A stretch of 64,000 bases of DNA from NCBI RefSeq assembly GCF_006345805.1, contig NC_043008.1:10726001-10790000 (forward strand), in the 5' to 3' direction. Within the stretch, counting starts at the first letter, position 1. The number at the start of each line of letters is the position of its first letter. The position numbers and the translations under genes were made by a program. The DNA comes from Octopus sinensis. Lineage: Eukaryota. Positions 40,020 through 53,111 of this stretch are shown here, in pieces. Below the pieces are notes generated by a model. The model was given only the letters and a program-made list of their open reading frames with translations, searched no databases and was not told the origin of the DNA.

Positions 40020-40390
40020 TATTTCCCCAGCACAGACTCACCTGAAAACATCTTTGAATAAGTGTCAGATGAGGGAAATTTGTTTCTTCTGCAAATAGGG
40101 ATGTGACGTATGCTAGACTACGATTTATTCGATGGCAATGCAGTAACTATTAAAACAACATAACTAAGAATAAGTATATCATCTTACCTACAACATCCAC
40201 TTAGTTGCTTAACTGGCCGATCTTTTTTGTTTGCATAAGAAAACTAAACTAGCATGATGATAAGTATAAGTCAGCCAATAAAGGACTATAGATACCGCCC
40301 ATAGAGATGCCACTCAACTGTTTAAGCACTTTATCTGCAAACAAAATGTAAGCATTTGTTATCAGAAATTTAACTGATTCTTTCAACCTA
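40020..40390 (-). pseudogene. Penelope-like reverse transcriptase relic
   Basis: The minus strand reads DKVLKQLSGISMGGIYSPLLADLYL (Q..GIPMG....P.LA.L.L motif), followed by R-DDILIL (decayed YIDD). Confidence 0.75.
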
Positions 40391-40649
40391 TCTTTTGAAT
40401 AGCGTGAATATCCATGATATCTTACCTAAGACAAAAACCAACTCCATTTTTAATCTACCCTCTGTCTGCCTGTCTGTCTTTTTCTGTCTGTCTCTGTCTA
40501 TCTGTCTATCTGCCTCTTTCTCTCTCCCCACTCTCTCTCTATGTATATATATATATATATGTATATGTAAAAATGTATATTTGAATTTCCTCTCAAGTAT
40601 TAAATCAGCAATTTTATGTAACTCATATCACTTAGAGTTCTATATTTAA

Positions 40650-40790
40650 GAGATGAGGAATTATGTACATTATTTACATTATTTACATTCGACGGATATT
40701 TGTCCTCATTTTGTTTGTTGTTAACACAACATTTCGGCTGATATACCCTCCAGCCTTCTTGAGGTGTCTTCATTCCTAAGGTATTCGATC
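40650..40790 (-). mobile_element. PLE-type terminal segment with a mutated hammerhead-like motif
   Basis: Minus strand CTCAAGA-A-GGCTG[GAGGGTATAT]CAGCC-GAAAT. The core has G>C and C>T changes. Confidence 0.5.
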
Positions 40791-40880
40791 TCGGCGGAAT
40801 TTGAACTCAGAACGTAACGGCAGACGAAATACGGCTACGCATTTCGCCCGGCGCGCTAACGTTTCTACCAACCCGCCGCC
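40790..40880 (-). mobile_element. SINE family B head fragment
   Basis: CGGCGGAATTTGAACTCAGAACG..CATTTCGCCCGGCGCGCTAACG. Confidence 0.88.
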
Positions 40881-42173
40881 CTCTGACGACTGGAATATAT
40901 TTGATGAAGACTCTGCTTGATGAGTTAGCGAGAAGGCTATCAGTATGGTAATGTTTATGAGAAAAGAATGAAGGTAGCAACTTCCTATTTTTACTTTTAA
41001 GTATTCTATTTAAAAAAAAAAGAACTAAAAAGAACAACTGTAATTCTTATCTCCCCTTCTTTACCCCCTCTCCATCACTTATTTCATTTGTTAAATAAAT
41101 GTATTTTCTTTATCGCAGCCCTATATTATATGTTATCACGTAACGTCTATTAATAGATCAGAAAAAGTCTAAATTTTCTCGTGTGTTTATTTTATTTAAT
41201 GTTAAAATAAAAATGTATTTATTTTATGTCTTCTCGTTTTTGGCGTCAAGCAAAGTAATTTGTATAGAAACTGAAGATTTTCGATTGTTTTCGATATTAT
41301 TTATTGCCACAGAAGGTCAATAAAACTCAACTAATATGATTAACAGATTGCAAATTCTAAATCAAATTCCCATATGGAAAAATGTGGAGCCAAAATAGCA
41401 TTATGGGAAGTCATGGAAGCGGAAAATATTTTTTATTTATAAAATGTTTCTGCCTTGCTTTTTCCTCTCTATTTCACTCATTTTTGTGTTTTTTTGTTTT
41501 CTCTATTTTTCTCTTTTCGTAAATTATATATATATATATTTTCAATTTCATCCGTCACCTCTAATCTTTATCATGTTCGGTTTTAAAGGGAAAAGAAAAA
41601 AAATCATCATTGCTATCTAACTGTAACTCCAGAGGTTAGGAAGGATGGGGAAACGATGTGAAGACGTGAACAAACAAAAATATTTTTAAAAAACCCCCCA
41701 AAAAGCATAAAACAAAACAGAAAAAAAATCACTGAAACTGTAGATTCAAATTTTTTTCCTATTTAAATCTCATTTAAAGGAGATAATGATTATCTTTTAG
41801 AAGAGGAAAAACAAGAAAAATGTCTTTTACAACGAATTACTGTAAATGACAAGATTTTAATCAATGAAATGAAATAAAGAAAAAAACAAAAAACGAAAAC
41901 AAAAAAAAAGGATGAGTAAACACACACACACACACACACGCACAACTCCGAACTAAAATTAAATAAAACAAAAGAGGAAAAAATAAAAGACACAAGTAAA
42001 ATAAATGACATTCCTAGGGCAATAGTTTATATGGATTTTATCGAAAAAACTTTACGTAATAAACATTGAAGAAAAACTTAGACACAGATACTGACACGCT
42101 CACGCACACACAGACAGACACATACACAAACGTATATGAATACACTAACACCTCACATACACACACACTCACC

Positions 42174-42227
<54 letters not shown>

Positions 42228-42837
42228 CATATATATAAATATATTTGTTGGCACGCGTATATACGTTTGTGCGCAGATGATAAATTGTTTCCTGTTGGGT
42301 TAATTGAACTTAAAATCAAAATCTAGATATTAATTACCAATTAAGAGAAGGAAGATGTAAAATAAGACAAAAAAAAGAAAGGAATAAAACTGAGCAGAAA
42401 ACAAAAAATAAACAAAATTAAAAAAACTTCCCAAATACACCCTGAAGAGAACTGAGAAGCAAAATTCTTCGCCACAGTATTGAAGCATTGTCTGGTTGGA
42501 ATTTAGTACGCGGCGATACTGTGTAACTTATAGAACTTGGTGTATTTTTCAGATGCATGTCATTATGTAACTATTATCTCTAACTAGTAAGGGCGCATGG
42601 CCTACTGGTTATGGTGTTGCACTCACTGTTATGAGATCGTGGTTTCAATTCCTGAACTGGGTGGCGTGTTGTGTTCTTCAGCAAAGCGCTTCATCTGACG
42701 TGCCTCTGAAATCAATCACTTGACGTGTGATGCATCGAGCACATGTCCAGGCAACGTCGATTTGATGGGGGCTGTGAGCTAATGTACAGCACAAGCATTC
42801 GACCTCTATAAACAAATCAATGATGAAGGTCGTTCAG

Positions 42838-43004
42838 CAGGAGTAGGTGTGTGGCAAGTAGGTTGTTTACCAACCACATGGTTTCGGGTTCATTCCCACT
42901 GCGTGGCACCTTGGGCAAGTGTCTTCTACTATAGCCTCGGGCCGACCAAAGCTTTGTGAGTGGATTTGGTTGACGGAAACTGAAAGAAGCCCGTCGTATA
43001 TATG

Positions 43005-43050
<46 letters not shown>

Positions 43051-43288
43051 ATGTGTTGTGTGTGTGTGTGTTTGTGCGTCTGTGTTTGTCTCCCCTAGCA
43101 TTGCTTGACAACCGATGCTGGTGTGTTTATGTTCCCCGTTACTTAACGGTTCGGCAAAAGAGACCGATAGAATAAGTACTGGGCTTACAAAAGAATAAGT
43201 CTCGGGGTCGAGTTGCTCGATTACAGGCGGTGCTCCAGCATGGCCGCAGTCAAATAACTGAAACAAGTAAAAGAGTAAAAGAGAGAGT
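42838..43288 (+). mobile_element. SINE family A, full length
   Basis: All modules and a (TAAAAGAG) tail are present. Confidence 0.92.
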
Positions 43289-43563
43289 ATGATCTATTAG
43301 TTATGATAATATTACATCATGGTTGAGCGTATCTTTTGGTCGCACATTATACTAACATCCAGACTTACACACGGACATACAAAATATACTCTACATATAA
43401 ACTAATAAGTCTAAATGTTCCTATAGATGGACATATCATTACATACACCTCAACCTAAATAATTTAATCAACCTATATTTTTCCCAGTATTATATAGTAA
43501 TGAGATCATACTTACGTGAGACTCACACATAAACACACCGATGTTATAAAGCAGTTATACATA

Positions 43564-43964
43564 GGCGTAGGAGTGGCTGTGTGGTAAGTAGCTTGCTTAC
43601 CAACCACATGGTTCCGGGTTCAGTCCCACTGCGTGGCACCTTGGGCAAGTGTCTTCTACTATAGCTTCGGGCCGACCAAAGCCTTGTGAGTGGATTTGGT
43701 AGACGGAAACTGGAAGAAGCCCGTCGTATATATGTACATATATATGTGTGTGTTTGTGTTTGTCCCCCCCCCAACATCGCTTGACAACCGATGCTGTAAT
43801 AACGTCCCCGTAACTTAGCGTTTCGGCAAAAGAGACCGATTGAATAAATACTAGGCTTACAAAGAATAAGTCCAGGGGTCGATGTGCTCGACTAAAGGCA
43901 GTGTTCCAGCATGGCTACAGTCACATGACTGAAACAAGTAAAAGAGAGTAGAAGAGAGTAGAGT
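43564..43964 (+). mobile_element. SINE family A, full length with an internal deletion
   Basis: All modules are present; the 3' module lacks a short segment. Confidence 0.92.
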
Positions 43965-44021
43965 ACGCATCATTATATACACATACAGACGTACGTGCTT
44001 CCATATATATATAGAAAAGAA

Positions 44022-44252
44022 GGCCGCGAGCTGGCAGAAACGGTAGCACGCCGAGCGAAATGCGAAGCCGTATTTCGTCTGCCGTTACGTTCTGAGTTCA
44101 AATTCCACCGAGGTCGACTTTGCCTTTCATCCTTTCGGGGTCGATAAATTAAGTACCAGTTACGCACTGGGGTCGATGTAATCGACTTAATCGCTTTGTC
44201 TGTCCTTGTTTGTCCCCTCTGTGTTTAGCCCCTTGTGGGTAGTATAGAAATA
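44022..44252 (+). mobile_element. SINE family B monomer
   Basis: Head to GAAATA tail, running into (TA)n. Confidence 0.93.
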
Positions 44253-44900
44253 TATATATATAGAAAACAACCATGTAAAGAAACCGGGCATACACTTAAC
44301 CAAGCAACGAAGTTTACAATCTGCAATCAATAAGAGCCAAAAAATAAACAAGAGAATAAATAGCCAAATAATTAAAGTTTTTAGCAAATGATTCCCCGTA
44401 TTTAGTTTATAGTCTGAAGTTTCAGAAATTGCGTTACATGTTAATGTCGGGAGATATAGTTGTTGTCGTTGTTGCTGATATTATTAAAGTATCGTCTTGG
44501 GAGCCGCAGAGAAGGTAAACATTATTTTAGAAGATTCTGTATAAAAACAACGAGTGTAAACAGAAAGAACTTCGCTTTTCTTGGTGAAACCTCATGAGAT
44601 GTATGTTGAAGCTTCTTTTCCATTTTATTTAAACTATTGACAACGTAACATAAACTAGGTAGAATTTCTTGCCTCGGTAATGAAATATTTCTTTCAAACT
44701 CACTCAGTACAACCCAACCGAATTACTGCCGACTGACAAGACACTGATTAAAGAAACCAAACAGATGCTGCTGTTTGGTCTCTTTCAACAGTCTTTTTGA
44801 CAATCAAATTTTGTGGCAGCCACTCTAGAATACGGAATATAGAAAATATGAATGCTTCAATAAAATCCCCTTAAAGATATTTTAGGGTGCTTGTTTTGAA

Positions 44901-45122
44901 GGCGGCGAACTGGCAGAAACGTTAGTACACCGGGCGAAATGCGTAGCCGTATTTCGTCTGCCTTTACGTTCTGAGTTCAAATTCCGACGAGGTCGACATC
45001 CATTTGGGGTCGATTAAATAAGTACCAGTTACGCACTGGGGTCGATGTAATCGAGTTAATCCGTTTGTCTGTTCTTGTTTGTTCCCTCTGTGTTTAGCCC
45101 TTTGTGGGTACTAAAGAAATAT
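44901..45122 (+). mobile_element. SINE family B monomer
   Basis: Head to GAAATA tail with a short internal deletion. Confidence 0.93.
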
Positions 45123-45235
45123 ATATTTTCTTTGTTTGTTTTGGAGGAAGGAGCAGTAATTCATATCTTTTCGAAGGCGCTGCGAGACCGTCAGGTTAAT
45201 ATTCCTTTCGAACCGTTGGACGTGAACACCTTTGA

Positions 45236-45831
45236 TTCTTTATTACCCACAAGGGGCTAAATATAGAGAGGACAAACAAGGACAGACAAACTGATTAAGT
45301 CGATTACATCGACCCTAGTGCGTAACTGGTACTTTATTTATCGACCTCGAAAGGATGAAAGGCAAAGTCGACCCCGGCAGAATTTGAACTCAGAACGTAG
45401 CGGCAGACGAAATACCTATTTCTTTATTACCCACAAGGAGCTAAACACAGAGGGGACAAACAAAGAAAGACATAGGTATTAAGTCGATTACATCGACCCC
45501 AGTGCGTAACTGGCACTTAATTTATCGATCTCGAAAGGATGAAAGGCAAAGTCGACATCGGCGGAATTTGAACTCAGAACGTAGCGGCAGACGAAATACC
45601 TATTTCTTTATTACCCACAAGGGGCTAAATATAGAGGGGGACAAACAAGGATAGACAAACTGATTAAATCGATAACATCGACCCTAGTGCGTAACTGGTA
45701 CTTTATTTATCGACCCCGAAAGGATGAAAGGCAAAGTCAACCTCAGCGGAATTTGAACTCAGAACGTAGCGGCAGACGAAATACCACTAGGCATTTCGCC
45801 CGTGTGCTAACGTTTCTGTCTGCTGGCCGCC
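45236..45831 (-). mobile_element. SINE family B head-to-tail trimer (one full unit and two A-box-less units, period 184 bp)
   Basis: Junction GAAATACCTATTTC at 45409-45422 and 45593-45606. Confidence 0.93.
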
Positions 45832-46109
45832 TTCAATTCTACCTTTATATGAGACCTTCTGTAATTTTTGAATCCAATTATACTTAGGGATAACGGCATC
45901 TTTCTCTTCCACCCTGGAAATACTTAACTTTGCTATCTCAGGTATTAATTTCTTATTACCCTGTTAGCGTTATCATATACAATCATATATGTACTATCTC
46001 TTTTAAAGCTAAAGTTACAGCATAATCCCAATTCATAACCTAATACCACTAGATAATCCGTTTTACAGATAACAAAATTACGTGCTACTTAATTCACCGG
46101 TTGTATAAC

Positions 46110-46747
46110 ACGGCGCACCGATATACTAGTGTTCCTGTCTTTTGGTAAAAGAGAATACAGAAGGATCAGTTAATTATGATTTTAATCAACATGGGCGCAG
46201 GAGTGGCTGTGTGGTAAGTAGCTTGCTAACCAGCCACATGGTTCCGGGTTCAGTCCCACTGCGTGGCATCTTGGGCAAGTGTCTTCTGCTATAGCCTCGG
46301 GCCGACCAATGCCTTGTGAGTGGATTTGGTAGACGGAAACGGAAAGAAGCCTGTCGTATATATGTATATATATATAAGTGTGTGTGTTTGTGTGTCTGTG
46401 TTTGTCCCCTTACCATTGCTTGACAACCGATGCTGGTGTGTTTACGTCCCCGTCACTTAGCGTTTCGGCAAAAAGAGACTGATAGAATAAGTACTGGGCT
46501 TACAAAGAATAAGTCCTGGGGTTGATTTGCTCGACTAAAGGCGGTGCTCCAGCATGGCCGCAGTCAAATGACTGAAACAAGTAAAAGAGTAAAGAGTAAA
46601 AAGAGTATGTCCCCCTCTCAGATTCACACACTTATCGCGGCGGTCCTTCAGTTTATCTAAGCCCTGCAAAAGAACTCGGAAGGCTGGGCCCCCAAACATG
46701 CCTTTCGAGATACTCTTAAAGCCAGGAACATTTCAGTACCCGCTCGT
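46110..46747 (-). mobile_element. Mariner-derived MITE split by a SINE A insertion
   Basis: Minus strand: TIR-like GGGTACTGAAATGTTCCTGGCTTT, then remnant ..AQPSEFFCRA*INLKDRRDKCVNLRG (mariner C-terminal ..KC....G.Y type). The remainder continues at about 46110-46192. Confidence 0.65.
46194..46606 (+). mobile_element. SINE family A, full length, nested in the mariner MITE
   Basis: All modules are present. Confidence 0.93.
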
Positions 46748-47099
46748 GAATCTTAACGTCAGGTTTATCTAAAATAGATTTACTTTCTGTCGACTCTTTT
46801 ATCCTTCGAATACGTTCCCATAACAAACTGATAACTTTTCCTCCAGTATTCAAATTCCGCCATTTTAACTTTGTATTCAAGATTTAACCACACAATCGTT
46901 AATCGATTTTAAAATAATCTCTTCTAATATATATCTACCTATCCTATGCGTTCCTTGTATTTTGTATCATTCCCCATAATCCTCATCAAATTCTCATTTC
47001 CAATAATATCTAAATATCCTGTATAAACATACCCAACTTCATTGTAACAAAAGTCGGACTTATCGTAATCACAAGTTCCAAAATCCTGAATGTTCTAAG

Positions 47100-47557
<458 letters not shown>

Positions 47558-48116
47558 TGCTTCAATTATTACAAAGCTGCGAAACGGCCGTAATCTCAAG
47601 GATGACAAGTGGTTAATAAATATACTCACATTTCACACCTCCTGACTTTCTATAGTTTATTTACTTCTCATGAAATAATTTCACCGGTCAGTTCTCCTAG
47701 ATTTCAGCTGCAGGGAAGTCTGCAATATATTCCTCTGTATTAAATTACTATGTGGTCTGTTAGCCGAGTCTGCTAGAGGAGCTTTCTCTGATAACCACAC
47801 GATGCTACGAGTTCATATATTAAACTAAAATATACTCTATTACGTGTAATGAGTGTATCTTTACTTTTTGTGTCTTCAAACACAAACGTTTCGCGATCCA
47901 TATATATATATGTGTATGTGTGTGTGTATGTATAACTTATTTATTTATTATTTATTTTATATTAAAATTTTTATGTATTGATTAAGTCTTTACTTGTTTG
48001 TTTTGCAAAATAGTGGTTTTGTCTCGAATTAATATTATATAATATTTTACTATAAAATTGGATTTAATCCTAAATCTGATTTTTTCCCTGTAAATTTGGA
48101 TTTATTCCCTAATATT

Positions 48117-48159
<43 letters not shown>

Positions 48160-48307
48160 CACAATAAAGTGTACATTAAAACACATTAAGAGGCTTCCAT
48201 CATAGGAACCCATTACGATAGAAAGAACAGTTAAAGTCCAAACCACTAATTAGGGATAAATTCTCGAAGAGAATGAAAAATAAAAACATTTACCATCTAA
48301 TTTAATT

Positions 48308-48381
48308 CCCGGACCATGGTTTCTGACTTATTTCAGTAAATAAAAATCATTATTTACTGAGGCCAAGTCTTCATCAGCGGG
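48308..48381 (-). ncRNA. Candidate minimal type I hammerhead ribozyme with a GUC cleavage site
   Basis: Minus strand CCCG-CTGATGA-A-GACTT..[11-bp hairpin TCAGTAAATAA/TTATTTACTGA]..AAGTC-A-GAAAC-CATG-GTC^-CGGG. All three helices and the core are present. Confidence 0.7.
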
Positions 48382-48779
48382 TAAGCCTTAGATTAAATAT
48401 ACAAACAACGAGGCCAAAGGTAGTAAAAATTTCTATAATTTTTATTACTCTGATATTATTATTATTATTATATGTATGTATATATGTATGTGTATGTATA
48501 TATGTCTATAAAAGCACGCACACACAGAGGCTCACACACATCTATACTATTACATATATATCCTTCTATTTCCTATGTATTTACTATATGTACGTGTACA
48601 ATAATCAGGTGATCAGAGAATTTTATATCTCTTCATAGATATCTTTAGTTCTCTATGTTTGGACGGGTATAGAATTGATCACAATTTTCAAGACTTATAT
48701 CACTTTTTCTTACACTACCTGAATATCCAGTTCATTTTGTCGCCATATTGATTTGTGAGCATCTGGGCGTAAGTGTACA

Positions 48780-49315
<536 letters not shown>

Positions 49316-49624
49316 ATGGACTGCGACAGACCACAAACCACAATTTTATAAATTCTTAGGATGGAAGAAAATAATGTTTCGTTGGCATGGGAAAATAAAT
49401 TGCGTTTAGCATCAAGTGTTCTGACATCTGCACTCTATAACCGATGTCGTATTTGACGAAATAAAAATAAAGGTAATTGTCTGTTAGTCCGGAAGGAGAA
49501 GGAGAGAGAAGATGGTGGCAGACAAATTGAATGCTTTCTTTTTTTATAGCTTTTCTTGACAGACCAAAGGGCGCAGTGAAAAATGTTATTACGTATTAAT
49601 TACTTCAACAGTAGTTATGCTGAA

Positions 49625-49871
49625 GGTAATCATTACGTATGTATGTATGTGTGTATGTATGTGTGTATGTATGTGTGTATTTGTGTGTTATCTATGTACG
49701 TATGTATGCATGTATATTTGCATGTGTGTATGTATGTATGTATGTATGTGTGTGTGTGTATGTATATATGTATGTATGCATGTATGTATTTGTGTGTTAT
49801 GTATATACGTATGTATGCATGAATATTTGCATGTATGTATGTATGTATGTATGTATGTATGTATGTATGTA

Positions 49872-49908
<37 letters not shown>

Positions 49909-50021
49909 GTCTGTATTTGTGTGTTATCTATGTACGTCTGTATGCATGTATATTTGCATGTATGTATGTATTATGTATGTATGTATGTATGTATGTATGT
50001 ATGTATGTATGTATGTATGTA

Positions 50022-50054
<33 letters not shown>

Positions 50055-50260
50055 ATGTATGTGTGTCTGTATTTGTGTGTTATGTATGTACGTATGTATG
50101 CATGTATATTTGCATGTATGTATGTATGTATGTATGTATGTATGTATGTATGTATGTATGTATGTATGTATGTATGTGTGTATTTGTGTGTTATGTATGT
50201 ACGTATGTATGCATGTATATTTGCATGTATGTATGTATGTGTGTCTCTATATGTATGTAT
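49625..50260. repeat. (TATG)n array with a higher-order unit repeated about five times
   Basis: TGTATTTGTGTGTTAT..TACGT.TGTATGCATG.ATATTTGCATG recurs near 49677, 49786, 49913, 50068 and 50180. Confidence 0.9.
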
Positions 50261-50596
50261 GTCTTGGTGTATATATGTGCATGCTTATGTATGCAATGAA
50301 TTTATCTACGTGTTTGTGAATGCATATATATGTATATGTGTTTTATATATTGTATGTATTGTACGTATGCGTGCATGTGTATAAGCGTGTTTTTATATAT
50401 ATGTATATATGTATCTGTATGTATGTATATATATATATATATTATATATATATATATTATATATATATATATATATATACATATATAAATATTTATATAT
50501 ATGCATGCACGTACATATGTGTGCATGTATTCAATATATATGTGTGTATGCATATATTTATATGTATGTGAGTTTGTTTTCATAAACAGAAGTTGT

Positions 50597-50875
50597 CTAC
50601 CTACCTACCTACCTACCTACCTACCTACCTACCTACCTACCTACCTTCCTACCTATCTATCTGTCTACCTACCTACCTACCTACCTACCTACCTACCTAC
50701 CTACCTACCTACCTACCTACCTACCTACTTACCTACCTACCTGCCTACCTACCTACCTACCTACCTACCTACCTATCTATCTGCCTGTCTATCTATCTGT
50801 CTGTCTGTCTATCTACCTACCTACCTACCTACCTACCTACCTACCTACCTTCCTCCCTCCCTCCTACGTACGTAC

Positions 50876-50932
<57 letters not shown>

Positions 50933-50945
50933 AATCAATCAATCA
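50597..50945. repeat. (CTAC)n/(CTAT)n microsatellite
   Basis: Direct reading. Confidence 0.95.
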
Positions 50946-51169
50946 GTCAATGATTTCCTTTGCTCTCCGTGATTATATTTCGCATCACTGTATGTCTGAC
51001 TAACCGTATGTACTTGGCAATAAGGTTAACAATTTTGGTTGAGAATCAAAGATATTCATGTTCGATACTACTTCGTTGCACCCGAGGCAGGTATCTATTA
51101 CCGTAACATTGGATCCACCAACGCTTTGTGAATGAATTTGTGTTGATAGAATATTCAGCTTAGCTGCAT

Positions 51170-51455
51170 CGTCTTTATTTGCTGTTCCCCTTTTTTTCCC
51201 CTTTTTTCTTCCTTTTTCATTTCTCTTTTCTTTTGTTCCTTTTCCTTTTCTTTTTTTCTTTTTTTCTTTTATTTATTTATTTATTTTAATTTTTTTTTGT
51301 TCTTTTCTTCCCTTTTACGATCCCTCTTGATCGAAAACCTACGCCACCCCTTTTTTTTGTTTCTTTTGTTTTTTGTTTTTTTTATCCCCCAAAAGAAAAG
51401 CTCTACCTTGTAACTTGTCCCATCTGTGTGCAGCCCTGTGTGGCCAATAAAGAAA
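51170..51455 (+). mobile_element. T-rich retroelement 3' end (probable LINE 3' UTR), same family as 28375-28625
   Basis: The terminal 70-80 bp are shared and end in AATAAAGAAA. Confidence 0.75.
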
Positions 51456-51544
51456 CTTATTTGCTGAAAATTTCGTTTAGCTTGTTTCATTAGAGTCATC
51501 TCTCTTGCTTGTCTTATATTTCAAACGCGTTTGGAAGGAATTTC

Positions 51545-51735
51545 AACCGAAACTATTTGCCTGTACCACATGTGCGAAACCGTTCAATCGGCCTCTTTTG
51601 CCGAACCGCTAGGTTACGGGGACATAAACACACCAGCACCGGGTGTCAAGCGGTGACGGGGGACAAACACAGACGTAAAGACACGCGCACACGCATACGA
51701 CGGTATTCTTTCCGTTTCCGTCTACCAAAGCCACG
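51545..51735 (-). mobile_element. SINE family A, partial
   Basis: CTCTTTTGCCGAACCGCTAGGTTACGGGGAC..CATACGACGG..TTTCCGTCTACCAA. Confidence 0.85.
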
Positions 51736-52405
51736 TCTGCTTTTGCTTGAATAAAGAGAATGAACCTATTTAGTTTGCTCACAAATAATTTCCTTTTCCC
51801 TAATTTTGGGAAAAAACAATCCCATCAACAGAGAAACTGACCCCTAAAATGGCACACGATATTTATCTTCTTTCCAAAACAATTATATCGAATCTTCTAT
51901 GTTTGCACTTATCGAAAGTTTTGATTGGAATGTCTCCCTCACCAATATTCCTTGTTGCTCGTATCTTTTTATCTTTTTATCTTTTATTTGCGGCCATACT
52001 TGGTCACCACCATGAAAAATTTTTAGTCGTATGCATCGATCGCAGTACTAAACTAAAAGAGAGAGAGAGAGAGAAAGAGAAAGATAGAGAGAGAGGAGGA
52101 CCGACCATGGTATTGGTAATTTTTTTTCGTCCCGAAAAGGTGAGAGGTGAGACTTACCTCAGAGGGATCTGAATTCAAAAGAACAGAGATCCGAAGCAAA
52201 CACTACAAACCTTTCTGTCCAATGGTCTACCAGCATTACCAATTCCTCACTCACGTAATATAGTGGTATACTGCTTAATATCAGTATTGTATTACTTTTT
52301 GAAAACAGTCGACCTTATATACTAAACAAATCAATACCAACAGTATCGATACGCTTTATAGAAAGAAAACATAAAGAAACAGTTAGTGACTTTATCATCA
52401 TCATC

Positions 52406-52474
<69 letters not shown>

Positions 52475-52966
52475 GTTATTATTATTAAACGGCCTTTGAC
52501 AAATATATTATATTTTCATTTTGGATTCGTCTTAAAAGTCAATGAAATGTATGCAACCAGCCATGGTATATATTTATATATTTTTTTTGTCATACTTCAC
52601 TTGATACGTTCTAAGTCATTTAACTCCACTTGTTTCTAACAACAACAACAATAACAACAACAGCAGCAGCAGCAACAACAACAACAGTGATGAAGACGAC
52701 AGTAAAGAAGTGTGTGTATATATATATATAATCCTTTATCTATACAATAACGTAATTAAATAATGTATAAAATATTTCACCCCACGAAAAAGAGATTTAA
52801 ATAAAAGAAAACGCATAAATGATTTTATTATAATAAAAGTAAATATTTTCGGAAATGTTTGGTTAGAAAGAAAGTCCTGTATTTTTGGCATGATTATTTT
52901 GACAGTACTGTTTCAATACTTATGGTAAAATAAGTATTTCATTTTATTCCAAGTTGGCCTCTGCAG

Positions 52967-53111
52967 GTGGCTGCCTGAGGTCATAAATCAGAAAGAACTG
53001 ATTGAGGTCAGGAAGACCTGTAACAAAGAAGATTTTGTTTCCCTCGGTCCGGGCCTGCCGATGCAGGCTTCCCTGCAGGCGGCAGAAAACTTCCTTGGTG
53101 GGGCCGGATGA
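52967..53111 (+). CDS. Candidate terminal coding exon of an unidentified gene (WLPEVINQKELIEVRKTCNKEDFVSLGPGLPMQASLQAAENFLGGAG*)
   Basis: Acceptor TTGGCCTCTGCAG, then 47 open codons that are GC3-rich against an AT-rich background. The TGA is followed by a U-rich tract and AATAAA at 53365. No TE reading was recognised on either strand. Confidence 0.55.

Noticed and set aside
40185-40335. Minus-strand exon with good AG/GT signals
   Set aside because: It contains stop codons and translates as a PLE RT motif.
46623-46762. Plus-strand open exon candidate in phase with the terminal exon
   Set aside because: It is the antisense of a mariner transposase remnant and TIR.
52100-52180. Strong minus-strand donor GAG|GTAAGT
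   Set aside because: It lies in a decayed SINE B core (GAGGT..CCTTT..CGGG.CGA..AAA).
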